From Spirochaetales bacterium (lineage in GTDB: Bacteria > Spirochaetota > Spirochaetia > SZUA-6 > RPPD01), in contig JAFGSW010000088.1 in the NCBI GenBank assembly GCA_016934415.1, positions 805-32,804 on the forward strand: 32,000 nucleotides of DNA, given 5' to 3'. A model generated the notes under the pieces. The model saw only the letters and a list, made by a program, of their open reading frames with translations. It searched no databases and was not told the origin of the DNA. This document shows positions 23,174 through 31,018 of this stretch, one piece after another. Each line of letters opens with the position of its first letter. The first letter of the stretch is position 1. Position numbers and translations under genes: made by a program.

Positions 23174-24319
23174 ATGGAAATTTTATCAAATATTGGTCTG
23201 ATTGCCGCCGTCGCCCTTTTCACCCTCGCAGCGAACCTCGTCTTGACTCCCAGCATCATACGGATCGCCCATCGTTTTCGCTGGTATGACCGTCCCGGCA
23301 ACAGGAAAATACACACGGTTCTCGTCCCCCGTCTGGGCGGAATCGGTATTTTCATTTCTTTTTTCCTGGGCATTCTCGTCATCCCGCTCGTCTGGGGGAT
23401 CGGGTTCGGGAATCCGACCGCACAGTTCCTCACTGCGAAGTACGTGTGGCTCTATGTCGGTTTCGGCGCCATCTTTTTATTGGGCCTGGTGGATGATTTT
23501 TACAATCTGAGGGCAATCCTCAAACTGTTTATCCAGGCCGCCGCCGCCGCGGTAGTCGTTATCGGGGGCGGGCTCGTTGTTTCGTCTTTCACCCTGCCTT
23601 ATCTGGGGAAAATCGATCTGGGATACTTCGGTTACCCGCTCACCATTCTCTGGGTAGTCGGAATCACGAATGCGGTGAATCTGGTCGACGGTATGGACGG
23701 GTTGGGGGGTGGAATCGCCGGATTTGCCGCGTTGTCCATGGGGATCATTTCTCTCATACAGGGCGGCTCCACGCTGGCCGAATACGCCCCGGCGATCATG
23801 GCCTTCGCCCTGGCGGGATCGGTCGTCGGTTTTTTGCGCTTTAATTTCCCGCCGGCCAAGATTTTCATGGGGGATTCGGGGAGTCTGTTTTTGGGCTTCG
23901 CCCTCGCCGTCTTCCCTCTTATGGGAATTTCGCGAGCGGGTTCACTCGGCGCGCTCCTTATTCCCGTGACCATCCTGCTCATCCCCATCATCGATACCGT
24001 GGCCGCCATCGTCAGACGTCTCCGGAAACGGCAGTCCATCGCCATGCCCGATAAGGAACATATTCACCACAAGCTTCTGGCCCTCGGCCTGGGCGAGAGG
24101 AAGATCCTCACTGTTATGTACTCGGTCTGCGCCTACCTGAGCATCATAGCCATCACTTCGGTGATTTTGCCGAAAGCGGTGAATGTGTTTATTATCATCA
24201 TCGTCTGGGTGGGGCTGCTTCTTGGATACGGCATCATCCATGTCCTGCAGTCGAGGAAAAGGGAGCTACCCGAAAAGCAGACCAAAGATAAGAGCGACGG
24301 CGCCTCCTCGGCAAGTTGA
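23174..24319 (+). CDS. wecA: Undecaprenyl-phosphate N-acetylhexosamine-1-phosphate transferase (MraY/WecA/TagO, glycosyltransferase family 4)
   Basis: 381 aa, polytopic. Motifs DRPG.RK.H....PRLGG, DD...L, NA.NL.DGMDGL.GG, F.NF.PAKIFMGD.GS.FLGF and D...AI.RR......I..PD..H.HH.L. Confidence 0.8.
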   Translation: MEILSNIGLIAAVALFTLAANLVLTPSIIRIAHRFRWYDRPGNRKIHTVLVPRLGGIGIFISFFLGILVIPLVWGIGFGNPTAQFLTAKYVWLYVGFGAIFLLGLVDDFYNLRAILKLFIQAAAAAVVVIGGGLVVSSFTLPYLGKIDLGYFGYPLTILWVVGITNAVNLVDGMDGLGGGIAGFAALSMGIISLIQGGSTLAEYAPAIMAFALAGSVVGFLRFNFPPAKIFMGDSGSLFLGFALAVFPLMGISRAGSLGALLIPVTILLIPIIDTVAAIVRRLRKRQSIAMPDKEHIHHKLLALGLGERKILTVMYSVCAYLSIIAITSVILPKAVNVFIIIIVWVGLLLGYGIIHVLQSRKRELPEKQTKDKSDGASSAS

Positions 24320-24378
24320 ATCGCGAGAATCGATTGCGAATGAATTGAAATATAAAGGATGACGCTTTTACCCATTTT

Positions 24379-25377
24379 TTATCCGTTTTCAATCATCCTT
24401 TCGGCTTCCCGCAGGCACAATCCGAATTGAGTCGGATCGATGAAGTTTCTTTTGCGATTCTTATTGAGAAAGCGGGCGATTGCGTCCTGCGTGTGCAAGC
24501 CCCGATCAACCATGAGCCGCAGCTCCTCTTTCGACGCCACGTTCCCTGAGGGCAGGTCCCGTTTTTTCGCGTACAGTTCGCGCGCATACCAAAGTATCCT
24601 GGCCTGCCGCTTCCCTTTTGGACGCAAGCGCTTAAATCCGGGGACTCGTGTATAATTGGAGAACGGATCCCACGACTTGTCGGATTCCTGTACCGCGAGG
24701 TTCCGGGCATTGAACTCAGATACCAGCCCCTTTTCTTCGAGTTCCTTGGCTAGCGAATCAGCCAGCGGAAGCAGGCTCGTAACATCCGCGATTGCGTAAT
24801 CAAGCATGCTGGGTGGAAGAGGCCGTCGCATCCAGTTGGCGCGCTGGAATCGGCTTTTGGTCGAGGCGGATTCGGACCGCGGCGTGAGGGCGTGAAGCCC
24901 GCCTTCTTTTCCCAGCATTCGTGAGGCGACGGCGAGGTCGAGGATGGGGGAGGGCCGCAGACCGAGTCCGTGCCGGATTGCGAGAAGATCGCTCATCGCG
25001 TCGAACCACACGAGCGTCCACGGCGCTTGCACGAGGAGCGGGGCGAGGCGCGCGGAATTTTTCAGCGCGAGCACGTCGATGAGATAGGCCCGCGCTCCGT
25101 CGAAAAACTGGATCAACGAAACGTGGATACCGTAACGGTGCAGGTTGTTCTCTCCCTCCACGTCGATGGCGAGGCGCGGGAGCCGGCTCGATGAGAATTG
25201 ATCATACAGGGCCGCGAGGTCTTCGTCGCGCGTGATGAATACATAGGGGACGACGGAAGGCCGCCGCCCCTTCGGTGAATAAGACGTGTGCATGGGATGA
25301 ACAGTATGGCACGGTCCGCCCTTTCCATGCAATGCGGAAAACGAGGAGTGACTGCTCGGATTTTCGTCGGGTTCCAT
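24379..25377 (-). CDS. RNase D-like 3'-5' exonuclease (DEDD family) with HRDC-like C-terminal region
   Basis: Motifs LAIDVEGEN.......VSLIQF.DG...YLIDVLAL (Exo I), then W..FD...DL (Exo II) and YA..DV..LL.L (Exo III). The C-terminal region R.LW.YAR.LYAKKRDLP...V.SKEEL has an HRDC flavour. The start is uncertain because neither the ATG at 25377 nor that at 25293 has a clear ribosome-binding site. Confidence 0.65.
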   Translation of the reverse strand: MEPDENPSSHSSFSALHGKGGPCHTVHPMHTSYSPKGRRPSVVPYVFITRDEDLAALYDQFSSSRLPRLAIDVEGENNLHRYGIHVSLIQFFDGARAYLIDVLALKNSARLAPLLVQAPWTLVWFDAMSDLLAIRHGLGLRPSPILDLAVASRMLGKEGGLHALTPRSESASTKSRFQRANWMRRPLPPSMLDYAIADVTSLLPLADSLAKELEEKGLVSEFNARNLAVQESDKSWDPFSNYTRVPGFKRLRPKGKRQARILWYARELYAKKRDLPSGNVASKEELRLMVDRGLHTQDAIARFLNKNRKRNFIDPTQFGLCLREAERMIENG

Positions 25378-25396
25378 TGAAATGAGGCGTGAGACT

Positions 25397-26317
25397 TCAG
25401 GAATGGAGAGAACGCTCTACCGTGTCGATGAGCGCGATGATCTTGGGTGCGATTTCGTATTCGCAGAGATCGCCGATGAGGATATAGTCTTTTTTCTCAA
25501 ACGCCTCCACGAGCTCGTGGAGGAGTGAATTGAGCGCTTGAGAGTAGCTTTCCAGGTCGGCCCCTTCGACGGTCAGGCTTTTCGAGGCAGGCGGCGCCAG
25601 AACGTCCGAGACCACATGTAGAAATAATTGGGCCAACTCGGTGAATGAGGCGATGGTCTGCATGGCCTCGCCGTCTTTCCCCGCCTGGAGGAGCACGGAG
25701 ACCTCCTTGAGCCGTTCGGCGGCCGCCCTGAGCTTGGCGATCGTCTCCGCGGTTATTTTTTTACTTGAATGATCGAGCTGGTCGTAGCCCGTACTTTTCC
25801 GCTTGAGCGCCTCGATGAAGTAGTCGCACAAAGCGATCGCCCGTTCGAGCATCGGATTGTCCCAGAGCTTGATCATCCCGGCCGTGGTGCCAGTGAACAT
25901 TTTTTCGAACTCCGATCGTTTCCCATCGGCTTCCTGGTCTTCACCGCCCGCCAGGACGAACCGCAGCGTTCCCGCCGCCTGGGAGAAGCCTTTCAGAAGC
26001 TCGGCGAGCCCGGTTTCATCCCTCGCCGCCAGGCGCGGCCTGAACGATGTAAAGAAAGAGGTGAGAGCGCCCACGCCTTCCATCTCAAGCCGCATAAAAT
26101 CGCTGGCGGTGACCCGGATTTCCCCGATCTCCGTGATCGGCGCGTTCTTGCGCTTCTCCAGGTCCTGCTGGCCGAACGCGGCGCCGTCCACTGCCAGGGC
26201 CGAGATGATGAGTTTCCGGTCGGCAAGCCATTGCTCGATCGAGCGGATCACGTCGTCAAGGGTTTTTTCCGATTCAAGAGTGAAATCGACCGGTTCTTCA
26301 TTGATGTACAGCTGCAC
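25397..26317 (-). CDS. Hypothetical protein (306 aa) translationally coupled to fliD
   Basis: GTG start at 26317, preceded by AAGGGAG (6-nt spacer) and lying 11 nt after the fliD TAA. I recognise no family. It looks mostly helical, with a short beta-grasp-like N-terminus (MQLYINEEPVDFTLE). Confidence 0.6.
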   Translation of the reverse strand: MQLYINEEPVDFTLESEKTLDDVIRSIEQWLADRKLIISALAVDGAAFGQQDLEKRKNAPITEIGEIRVTASDFMRLEMEGVGALTSFFTSFRPRLAARDETGLAELLKGFSQAAGTLRFVLAGGEDQEADGKRSEFEKMFTGTTAGMIKLWDNPMLERAIALCDYFIEALKRKSTGYDQLDHSSKKITAETIAKLRAAAERLKEVSVLLQAGKDGEAMQTIASFTELAQLFLHVVSDVLAPPASKSLTVEGADLESYSQALNSLLHELVEAFEKKDYILIGDLCEYEIAPKIIALIDTVERSLHS

Positions 26318-26328
26318 GAGCGGCTCCC

Positions 26329-28341
26329 TTATTTATTTTGCTGGTTCAGATTATTGAGCCCCTGGGTGCTCTTCTGCAGCTCCTCGATGGCGCCTTCCAT
26401 TTTCCCGTATTTGAGCTTGAGCTGGCGCTCGTAATCGTCCATTCGCTTCTTGAAATCCGTCATTTCGCGGTTTTTACGGGTCAGCTGCGTGTTGATGGTC
26501 TGCAGGCGGGTGGCAATGACTCCGCCGATCCGCACGTACGGCTTCACGTAGGAGTCGACCGTAAAGGCGACCCCCGTGTCCACGATGAGATCCCGGTCAC
26601 GGTCGTATCCGAAAAGCTCTTTGACGAGCTCCGGTTTGGTGGCGAGGGCGTTGTCGAGCTTGGCCTCGTCGATCTGCAGGTACCCGCGGAGGGTCGTCCG
26701 GTCGATGGCGCCGGTGTTGATGCCGCTCGTGGAAATGCCGATTTGCGCGAGCAGGGCCATCTGCTGACCGCCCGAGGTCTTGTAGGAATTCATCATGATG
26801 GTCTGCAGGTTGGACTTGAGCTGCATGAGCGTCACGTCCCCCTTGAGGAGGGCGAGCCGATCCATCGCTTTTTCCTTCTCGGCGTCCGAGAGGAAGACGG
26901 CCTTGTCGACGATCGACTCGTCGGCGCGGGTGAGGATGTCGATGTTCGTTAAGAGTCGGTCGTATGTTCCAACGAAGCCGATGATCGCCGATTTCATGGC
27001 TTCCGTGTCGTACTTGACTGAAAGCGTCACGTCCTTGTCGCTCGCCGTGTGAAGATTGAGGGTCACCTCGGGGATCAGGTCGTCGATGGAATTGGTGTCG
27101 CGGACGACGTCGACGCCATTGTACTCGACGATTGCGTCGCGCGCCTCCGAAAGCGGATTGTTCGGAGCGTACCCGCCGCGGACCGTCGGGTCGACGACGC
27201 GGACGTTGCGGAGGGAGATCGTACGGTGCGTATTGGTATTGTCGATGAGAATCGAGTCGAGGGACTGGTTGCCGTCCCCGATGGGGACTGTCACTTTCAC
27301 GAAATCGGGGGCGTCGGCGACGTCCGGCAGCGTTTTGACGGAGCCCCGGGACGTGTAGGCGAGTACGGACATGTTGTCGACGCGCTTGGGAGGCTCCGGC
27401 TGCTGTTCTTCCGGAAGGATGACGATCGATTTCTCGCTTTCGATATGGATTCCCTTGTAATCGATGCCGCCCGTTTCAGGTACGACGGGCTCGGGCAGCG
27501 TTTCCGTGCGCGCGGCCTCCTCCGTCAGGGGTGTGCTTTTTATCTCGTATTCGAGGACCATGGCGGAGGTGAGGGGGAAGGGAGGATTGATCGGGATGCT
27601 GAGGTTGGTCCGCGGCGGGACGTTAAGGGTGCTGTTCTCGATCTGGAAACGGCCGGTTCCCCGCGTTCCCTCAGCCCGTTTCACGCTCTCAGTCGAAAGC
27701 GGCACGGTAAGCGACGAGGCCGGGACCCGTTTCATCATGCCCGTTTCCTCGGCGAGGGTGAGCGCGTCGTCGGCCAGAACGAGCTTGTTCTTTTCGCCCG
27801 TGTGGAGCGATTCGATGACGAGCACCGAACTCGTTGATGTGTCGTTCACCACCGAGGCGCGCAGGTATGAGCCGCCCTTCTTGTTGACTGCGTCTGCGAA
27901 TTCGGAAAGGCCGCCCCCGTGAAAGGAGAGTGTGATTTCCTTGTCCCCGACCTTAAAACGGTAGGTGCCTTCCTTGACGGTGAAGTCCTTGTCGACGCTG
28001 CGGGACATGAAGCGGTCGGCGGTGGCGATCCTCTTGACGCGGAGCTTCGAATCCGACACGACCGCCTTGCGCGTGGGCACGGCGGTCACGACGGATTCAT
28101 CCGAGCTGATCGCTTTTCTGGAGGAAAAGGGGCTGTCGAAGCTGTAGAGCCCGTTGGCGCTGTCCTTGAGTTTCGTGATTTCGACGTTGAGGTCCTGCCA
28201 TACGCCTTTCCTTTTTTTAAAGGCGTCCGCCTCGGATTCCATGCGCTTCAAGGGCGCGCGTTTCGCGTCCATGATCGCCTTGATCATTTTCTGCGTGTCG
28301 ATCTTTGAATTGGTGACGCCGGGTATATTGATGTCGGACAC
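26329..28341 (-). CDS. fliD: Flagellar filament capping protein FliD (hook-associated protein 2)
   Basis: 670 aa. The N-terminal motif is ID...MI...M.A.R.PL.......A.....K..W..L and the C-terminal motif is ....M....KR...YE..L...Y..ME. It follows flaG in a flagellin cluster. GTG start at 28341. Confidence 0.85.
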   Translation of the reverse strand: MSDINIPGVTNSKIDTQKMIKAIMDAKRAPLKRMESEADAFKKRKGVWQDLNVEITKLKDSANGLYSFDSPFSSRKAISSDESVVTAVPTRKAVVSDSKLRVKRIATADRFMSRSVDKDFTVKEGTYRFKVGDKEITLSFHGGGLSEFADAVNKKGGSYLRASVVNDTSTSSVLVIESLHTGEKNKLVLADDALTLAEETGMMKRVPASSLTVPLSTESVKRAEGTRGTGRFQIENSTLNVPPRTNLSIPINPPFPLTSAMVLEYEIKSTPLTEEAARTETLPEPVVPETGGIDYKGIHIESEKSIVILPEEQQPEPPKRVDNMSVLAYTSRGSVKTLPDVADAPDFVKVTVPIGDGNQSLDSILIDNTNTHRTISLRNVRVVDPTVRGGYAPNNPLSEARDAIVEYNGVDVVRDTNSIDDLIPEVTLNLHTASDKDVTLSVKYDTEAMKSAIIGFVGTYDRLLTNIDILTRADESIVDKAVFLSDAEKEKAMDRLALLKGDVTLMQLKSNLQTIMMNSYKTSGGQQMALLAQIGISTSGINTGAIDRTTLRGYLQIDEAKLDNALATKPELVKELFGYDRDRDLIVDTGVAFTVDSYVKPYVRIGGVIATRLQTINTQLTRKNREMTDFKKRMDDYERQLKLKYGKMEGAIEELQKSTQGLNNLNQQNK

Positions 28342-28371
28342 GATTGTTTCCCGCTCCCAGACGAACTGCGC

Positions 28372-28728
28372 TTAGATCGTTTCGTCGACCAACAACCCGA
28401 TTGCCTCTCGGATCCTCGCCATTAATCGCTGGATTTCATGCGCCGGGAGCTCCTTTATCACTTTATCGGTTTCGATATCGATGACCTTAACGACAACCAG
28501 CCCGAGCTCGTCATTGATGCTGTAGCTCAGTCGTTTGTTGAAGACGCCCGCGGCCTGTACGAGCGACTTCATGACCAACTCAATGTCGTTTTTCTGAGGT
28601 GTGAGATCGGACTCGGCGATCTTTTTCGCCGGGGCCGGGCTCTGACCGGACATTGCCTTGTCGGACATGATCAGGTCCGGCGGCGCTTTTTGGCCTGAGG
28701 CCACGGTGGAGGGAATTTCTATGCCCAT
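28372..28728 (-). CDS. flaG: FlaG family flagellar protein
   Basis: 118 aa. The C-terminal L.YSINDELG..VVKVID.ETDKVIKE.P..E...L...I.E..GLL.D is the FlaG signature. AAGGAGGA lies 4 nt upstream of the ATG. Confidence 0.8.
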   Translation of the reverse strand: MGIEIPSTVASGQKAPPDLIMSDKAMSGQSPAPAKKIAESDLTPQKNDIELVMKSLVQAAGVFNKRLSYSINDELGLVVVKVIDIETDKVIKELPAHEIQRLMARIREAIGLLVDETI

Positions 28729-28743
28729 AGGTCCTCCTTGCGT

Positions 28744-28775
28744 AAAAAATGAAGGGGAGAGCGCGATTCTCCCCT
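28744..28775 (-). terminator. Rho-independent terminator/attenuator between the proximal flaB and flaG
   Basis: An 8-bp stem (28753-28760 pairs with 28768-28775) with a 7-nt loop. On the minus-strand RNA it is followed by UCAUUUUUU. Confidence 0.55.
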
Positions 28776-28842
28776 CCCGTGTCGTGCTTCCAAGAGGTGA
28801 CGTCCAGTAACCTCTTGTGGGAACGTTTTTCAGGTCGCGCTC

Positions 28843-29706
28843 TTAGCCAAGAAGCTGGAGCACGGACCTCGTGCTTAAGTTGGCCTGAGCCAGCATGGCG
28901 GTGCCCGCCTGAACCAGGATCTGGTTCTTCACGTAACTCACCATCTGGTCAGCCATGTCGGTGTCGCGAATGACCGATTCGGCCGCCTGCATGTTCTCGG
29001 AGGCGACAGCTACGCCCTGCGCCGCGAGCGTGAAGCGGTTCTGATACGCGCCGAGGTCGGCTCTCTGTTTGGAGACGACCATCAAGGCCGAGTCAACCGC
29101 GGCAATCGCCTGGTTGGACAGGTCCGGATTAGCGATCGAAATCGCCTGGCCGGCTCCCTGCGCTCCGGTGAGGCCGAGGGCCTGCGCCGTCATCGTCCCG
29201 ATATACGCGCGTTTTCTCTGATCGACGTTCGCGCCGACCTGGAACCACATTGCCTTGGGCGCCGCGGCTCCCGCCGTCTCACGGGCGAAATCGCCCTGGA
29301 GTATCTTCATGCCGTTGAATTCCGCGTGTGAAGCGATTCTGTTCACTTCGTCGACCAGCTGAGACACCTCAACCTGGATCATCATGCGGTCTTCGTCGGA
29401 GTAGACGCCGTTGGCGGATTGGACGGCCAATTCGCGGATGCGATGCATGACGTCCTGCGTTTCCTGAAGGTAGCCTTCGGAAGTCTGGATGAAAGAAATC
29501 GCGTTTTCAATGTTCCTCTCAGCCTGGTTCAACCCGCGGATTTGCGCGCGGAGTTTTTCCGATACGGCCAACCCTGAAGCGTCGTCGCCGGCCCGGTTGA
29601 TTTTCATGCCCGAAGACAGTTTTTCGCTGTCCTTCTGGACATCCCAAGTCTTGAACTTGAGCAGCCGGTTTGCAAACATCGCACTCATGTTGTGATTAAT
29701 AACCAT
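28843..29706 (-). CDS. flaB: Flagellin, spirochaete core filament type (FlaB family), flaG-proximal copy
   Basis: Start at the ATG at 29706 ([14 protein letters not shown]), with AAGGAGG 5 nt upstream; 287 aa. Conserved N-domain ([24 protein letters not shown]) and C-domain ([10 protein letters not shown]........N...AES.IRD.DMA..MV......IL.Q...AMLAQAN). Confidence 0.9.
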   Translation of the reverse strand: MVINHNMSAMFANRLLKFKTWDVQKDSEKLSSGMKINRAGDDASGLAVSEKLRAQIRGLNQAERNIENAISFIQTSEGYLQETQDVMHRIRELAVQSANGVYSDEDRMMIQVEVSQLVDEVNRIASHAEFNGMKILQGDFARETAGAAAPKAMWFQVGANVDQRKRAYIGTMTAQALGLTGAQGAGQAISIANPDLSNQAIAAVDSALMVVSKQRADLGAYQNRFTLAAQGVAVASENMQAAESVIRDTDMADQMVSYVKNQILVQAGTAMLAQANLSTRSVLQLLG

Positions 29707-29707
29707 A

Positions 29708-29751
29708 AAACCCTCCTTGAGTTTGTAGAAAAAAGGCATCCGTTGCCTTTT
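29708..29751 (-). promoter_or_regulatory. Twin GGA-loop hairpins in the proximal flaB leader (candidate CsrA binding sites; the second sequesters the SD)
   Basis: Minus-strand RNA: AAAAGGCA-ACGGA-UGCCUUUU (29731-29751), then AAACUC-AAGGA-GGGUUU (29708-29724), ending 1 nt before the AUG. The two GGA motifs are offset by 25 nt. Confidence 0.5.
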
Positions 29752-29831
29752 CATGATGCCCGGACGAGGTTTAAAGCGTATGGAGATTCGCGCCTCCTTA
29801 TTGCTTTCCGTTCCCTTTTCCCCGATCGGGC

Positions 29832-29873
29832 AAAAAGTGCTCCCTGCCCCGCGAGGGGAGGGAACACTTTTTT
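29832..29873 (-). terminator. Rho-independent (bidirectional-looking) terminator between the two flaB genes
   Basis: An imperfect ~12-bp GC-rich stem (29837-29850 pairs with 29855-29867) with a GCGA loop. It is flanked by an A5 run (29832-29836) and a T6 run (29868-29873). Confidence 0.6.
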
Positions 29874-29948
29874 ACCCTTAGGCATCAACCAAGAAGGATT
29901 TGTTTTTCAAAGATCCGAACGGACTACTTTTTCAATCGCCCGTGCCGC

Positions 29949-30809
29949 TTACCGGAGCAGGCTCAAAACCACTTGCGGCCGGGTATTGGCCTGGGCCAGC
30001 ATGGCGGTGGCGGACTGCACCAGGATGCTGTTCTTCACGAAATCGACCATCTCCTTGGCCATGTCCGCGTCGCGGATTCTGGATTCGGACGCCTGCATGT
30101 TTTCGGCGCCGACCGCCAGACCGCGGGCCGCGTGCTCCAGGCGGTTCTGGTACGCGCCCAGGTCCGCGCGCTGTTTGCTGATCGCTTTCAGCGCGGTGTC
30201 GACCACGCCGATGGCGCGGTTGGCGCCGTCCGGCGTTTCGAGGGAGAGGATCTCGTCGCTGCCGATTTCCTTCACTTTGAGGGCGTAGGCGGTCATGGTG
30301 CCGATGTACACCCGTTCGCGCTGGTCCATGTTGGCGCCGATGTGGAACCACATGGAGGAGGTGACGGTGTTTTCGCCGGTCGTCCGGGCGAAACGCCCGG
30401 TGAGCATGTTCATGCCGTTGAACTGGGCGTGCGAGGCGACGCGGTCGATCTCGTCGATGAGCTGCGAGATTTCCACCTGGATCTGCATCCGGTCCTCGTC
30501 CGAATAAATGCCGTTCGAGGCCTCAACGGAGAGTTCGCGGATTCTCTGCAGCACGTCCTGGCTTTCCTGTAGGTAGCCTTCCGCCACCTGGATGAAGGAG
30601 ATGCCGTTTTCCGCGTTCATTTCCGCCTGATTCAGGCCGCGGATCTGCGAGCGGAGCTTCTCCGATACCGCCAGCCCTGACGCGTCGTCGCCGGCGCGGA
30701 AGATGCGCAATCCGGACGAGAGCTTTTCCTGCCCCTTGTCAGTCGCCAGCACGTTTTGTTTCAGACGGTTGTCGGCGAAGATGGCGCTCATGTTGTGATT
30801 GATGATCAT
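29949..30809 (-). CDS. flaB: Flagellin, spirochaete core filament type (FlaB family), distal copy
   Basis: Start at the ATG at 30809 ([15 protein letters not shown]), with AAGGAGG 5 nt upstream; 286 aa. It has the same conserved N and C domains as the neighbouring copy. By eye the two are roughly 60-65% identical, with a divergent central region. Confidence 0.9.
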   Translation of the reverse strand: MIINHNMSAIFADNRLKQNVLATDKGQEKLSSGLRIFRAGDDASGLAVSEKLRSQIRGLNQAEMNAENGISFIQVAEGYLQESQDVLQRIRELSVEASNGIYSDEDRMQIQVEISQLIDEIDRVASHAQFNGMNMLTGRFARTTGENTVTSSMWFHIGANMDQRERVYIGTMTAYALKVKEIGSDEILSLETPDGANRAIGVVDTALKAISKQRADLGAYQNRLEHAARGLAVGAENMQASESRIRDADMAKEMVDFVKNSILVQSATAMLAQANTRPQVVLSLLR

Positions 30810-30851
30810 AGTTTCCTCCTTGAAACTGTCGTACCCGGGCATCCGTGCCCG
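30810..30851 (-). promoter_or_regulatory. Twin GGA-loop hairpins in the distal flaB leader (candidate CsrA binding sites)
   Basis: Minus-strand RNA: CGGGCA-CGGA-UGCCCG (30836-30851), then AGUUUC-AAGGAG-GAAACU (30810-30827), abutting the AUG. The GGA-to-GGA offset is again 25 nt. Confidence 0.5.
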
Positions 30852-30981
30852 TTGTGTTCCGCCCTACCGGCGAAACCCGAACTTTTTTCATTTATGCTCT
30901 CAAGATCAAACGTCGATCTTGAAGAGTAGGCGAAGGGGAATCCCGCGTCCGCTCCGAGAGCGGGAATCGCCCTTATTCTTT

Positions 30982-31009
30982 CTATCGGTCCCGGCCACTT
31001 TAAAGTTTA
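30982..31009 (-). promoter_or_regulatory. Candidate sigma28 (FliA)-type promoter for the flagellin cluster
   Basis: Minus strand: TAAA (31006-31009), 16-nt spacer, ACCGATAG (30982-30989). The consensus is TAAA-N15-GCCGATAA, so 6 of 8 bases match in the -10 element and the spacer is one nt longer. Confidence 0.45.
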
Positions 31010-31018
31010 GTAAAATAT

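Noticed and set aside
30815-30891. A small upstream ORF (ATG at 30891, minus strand; [20 protein letters not shown]...) in the distal flaB leader
   Set aside because: It has only a weak RBS (GAGAG), no recognisable product, and runs out of frame into flaB. I cannot distinguish it from chance.
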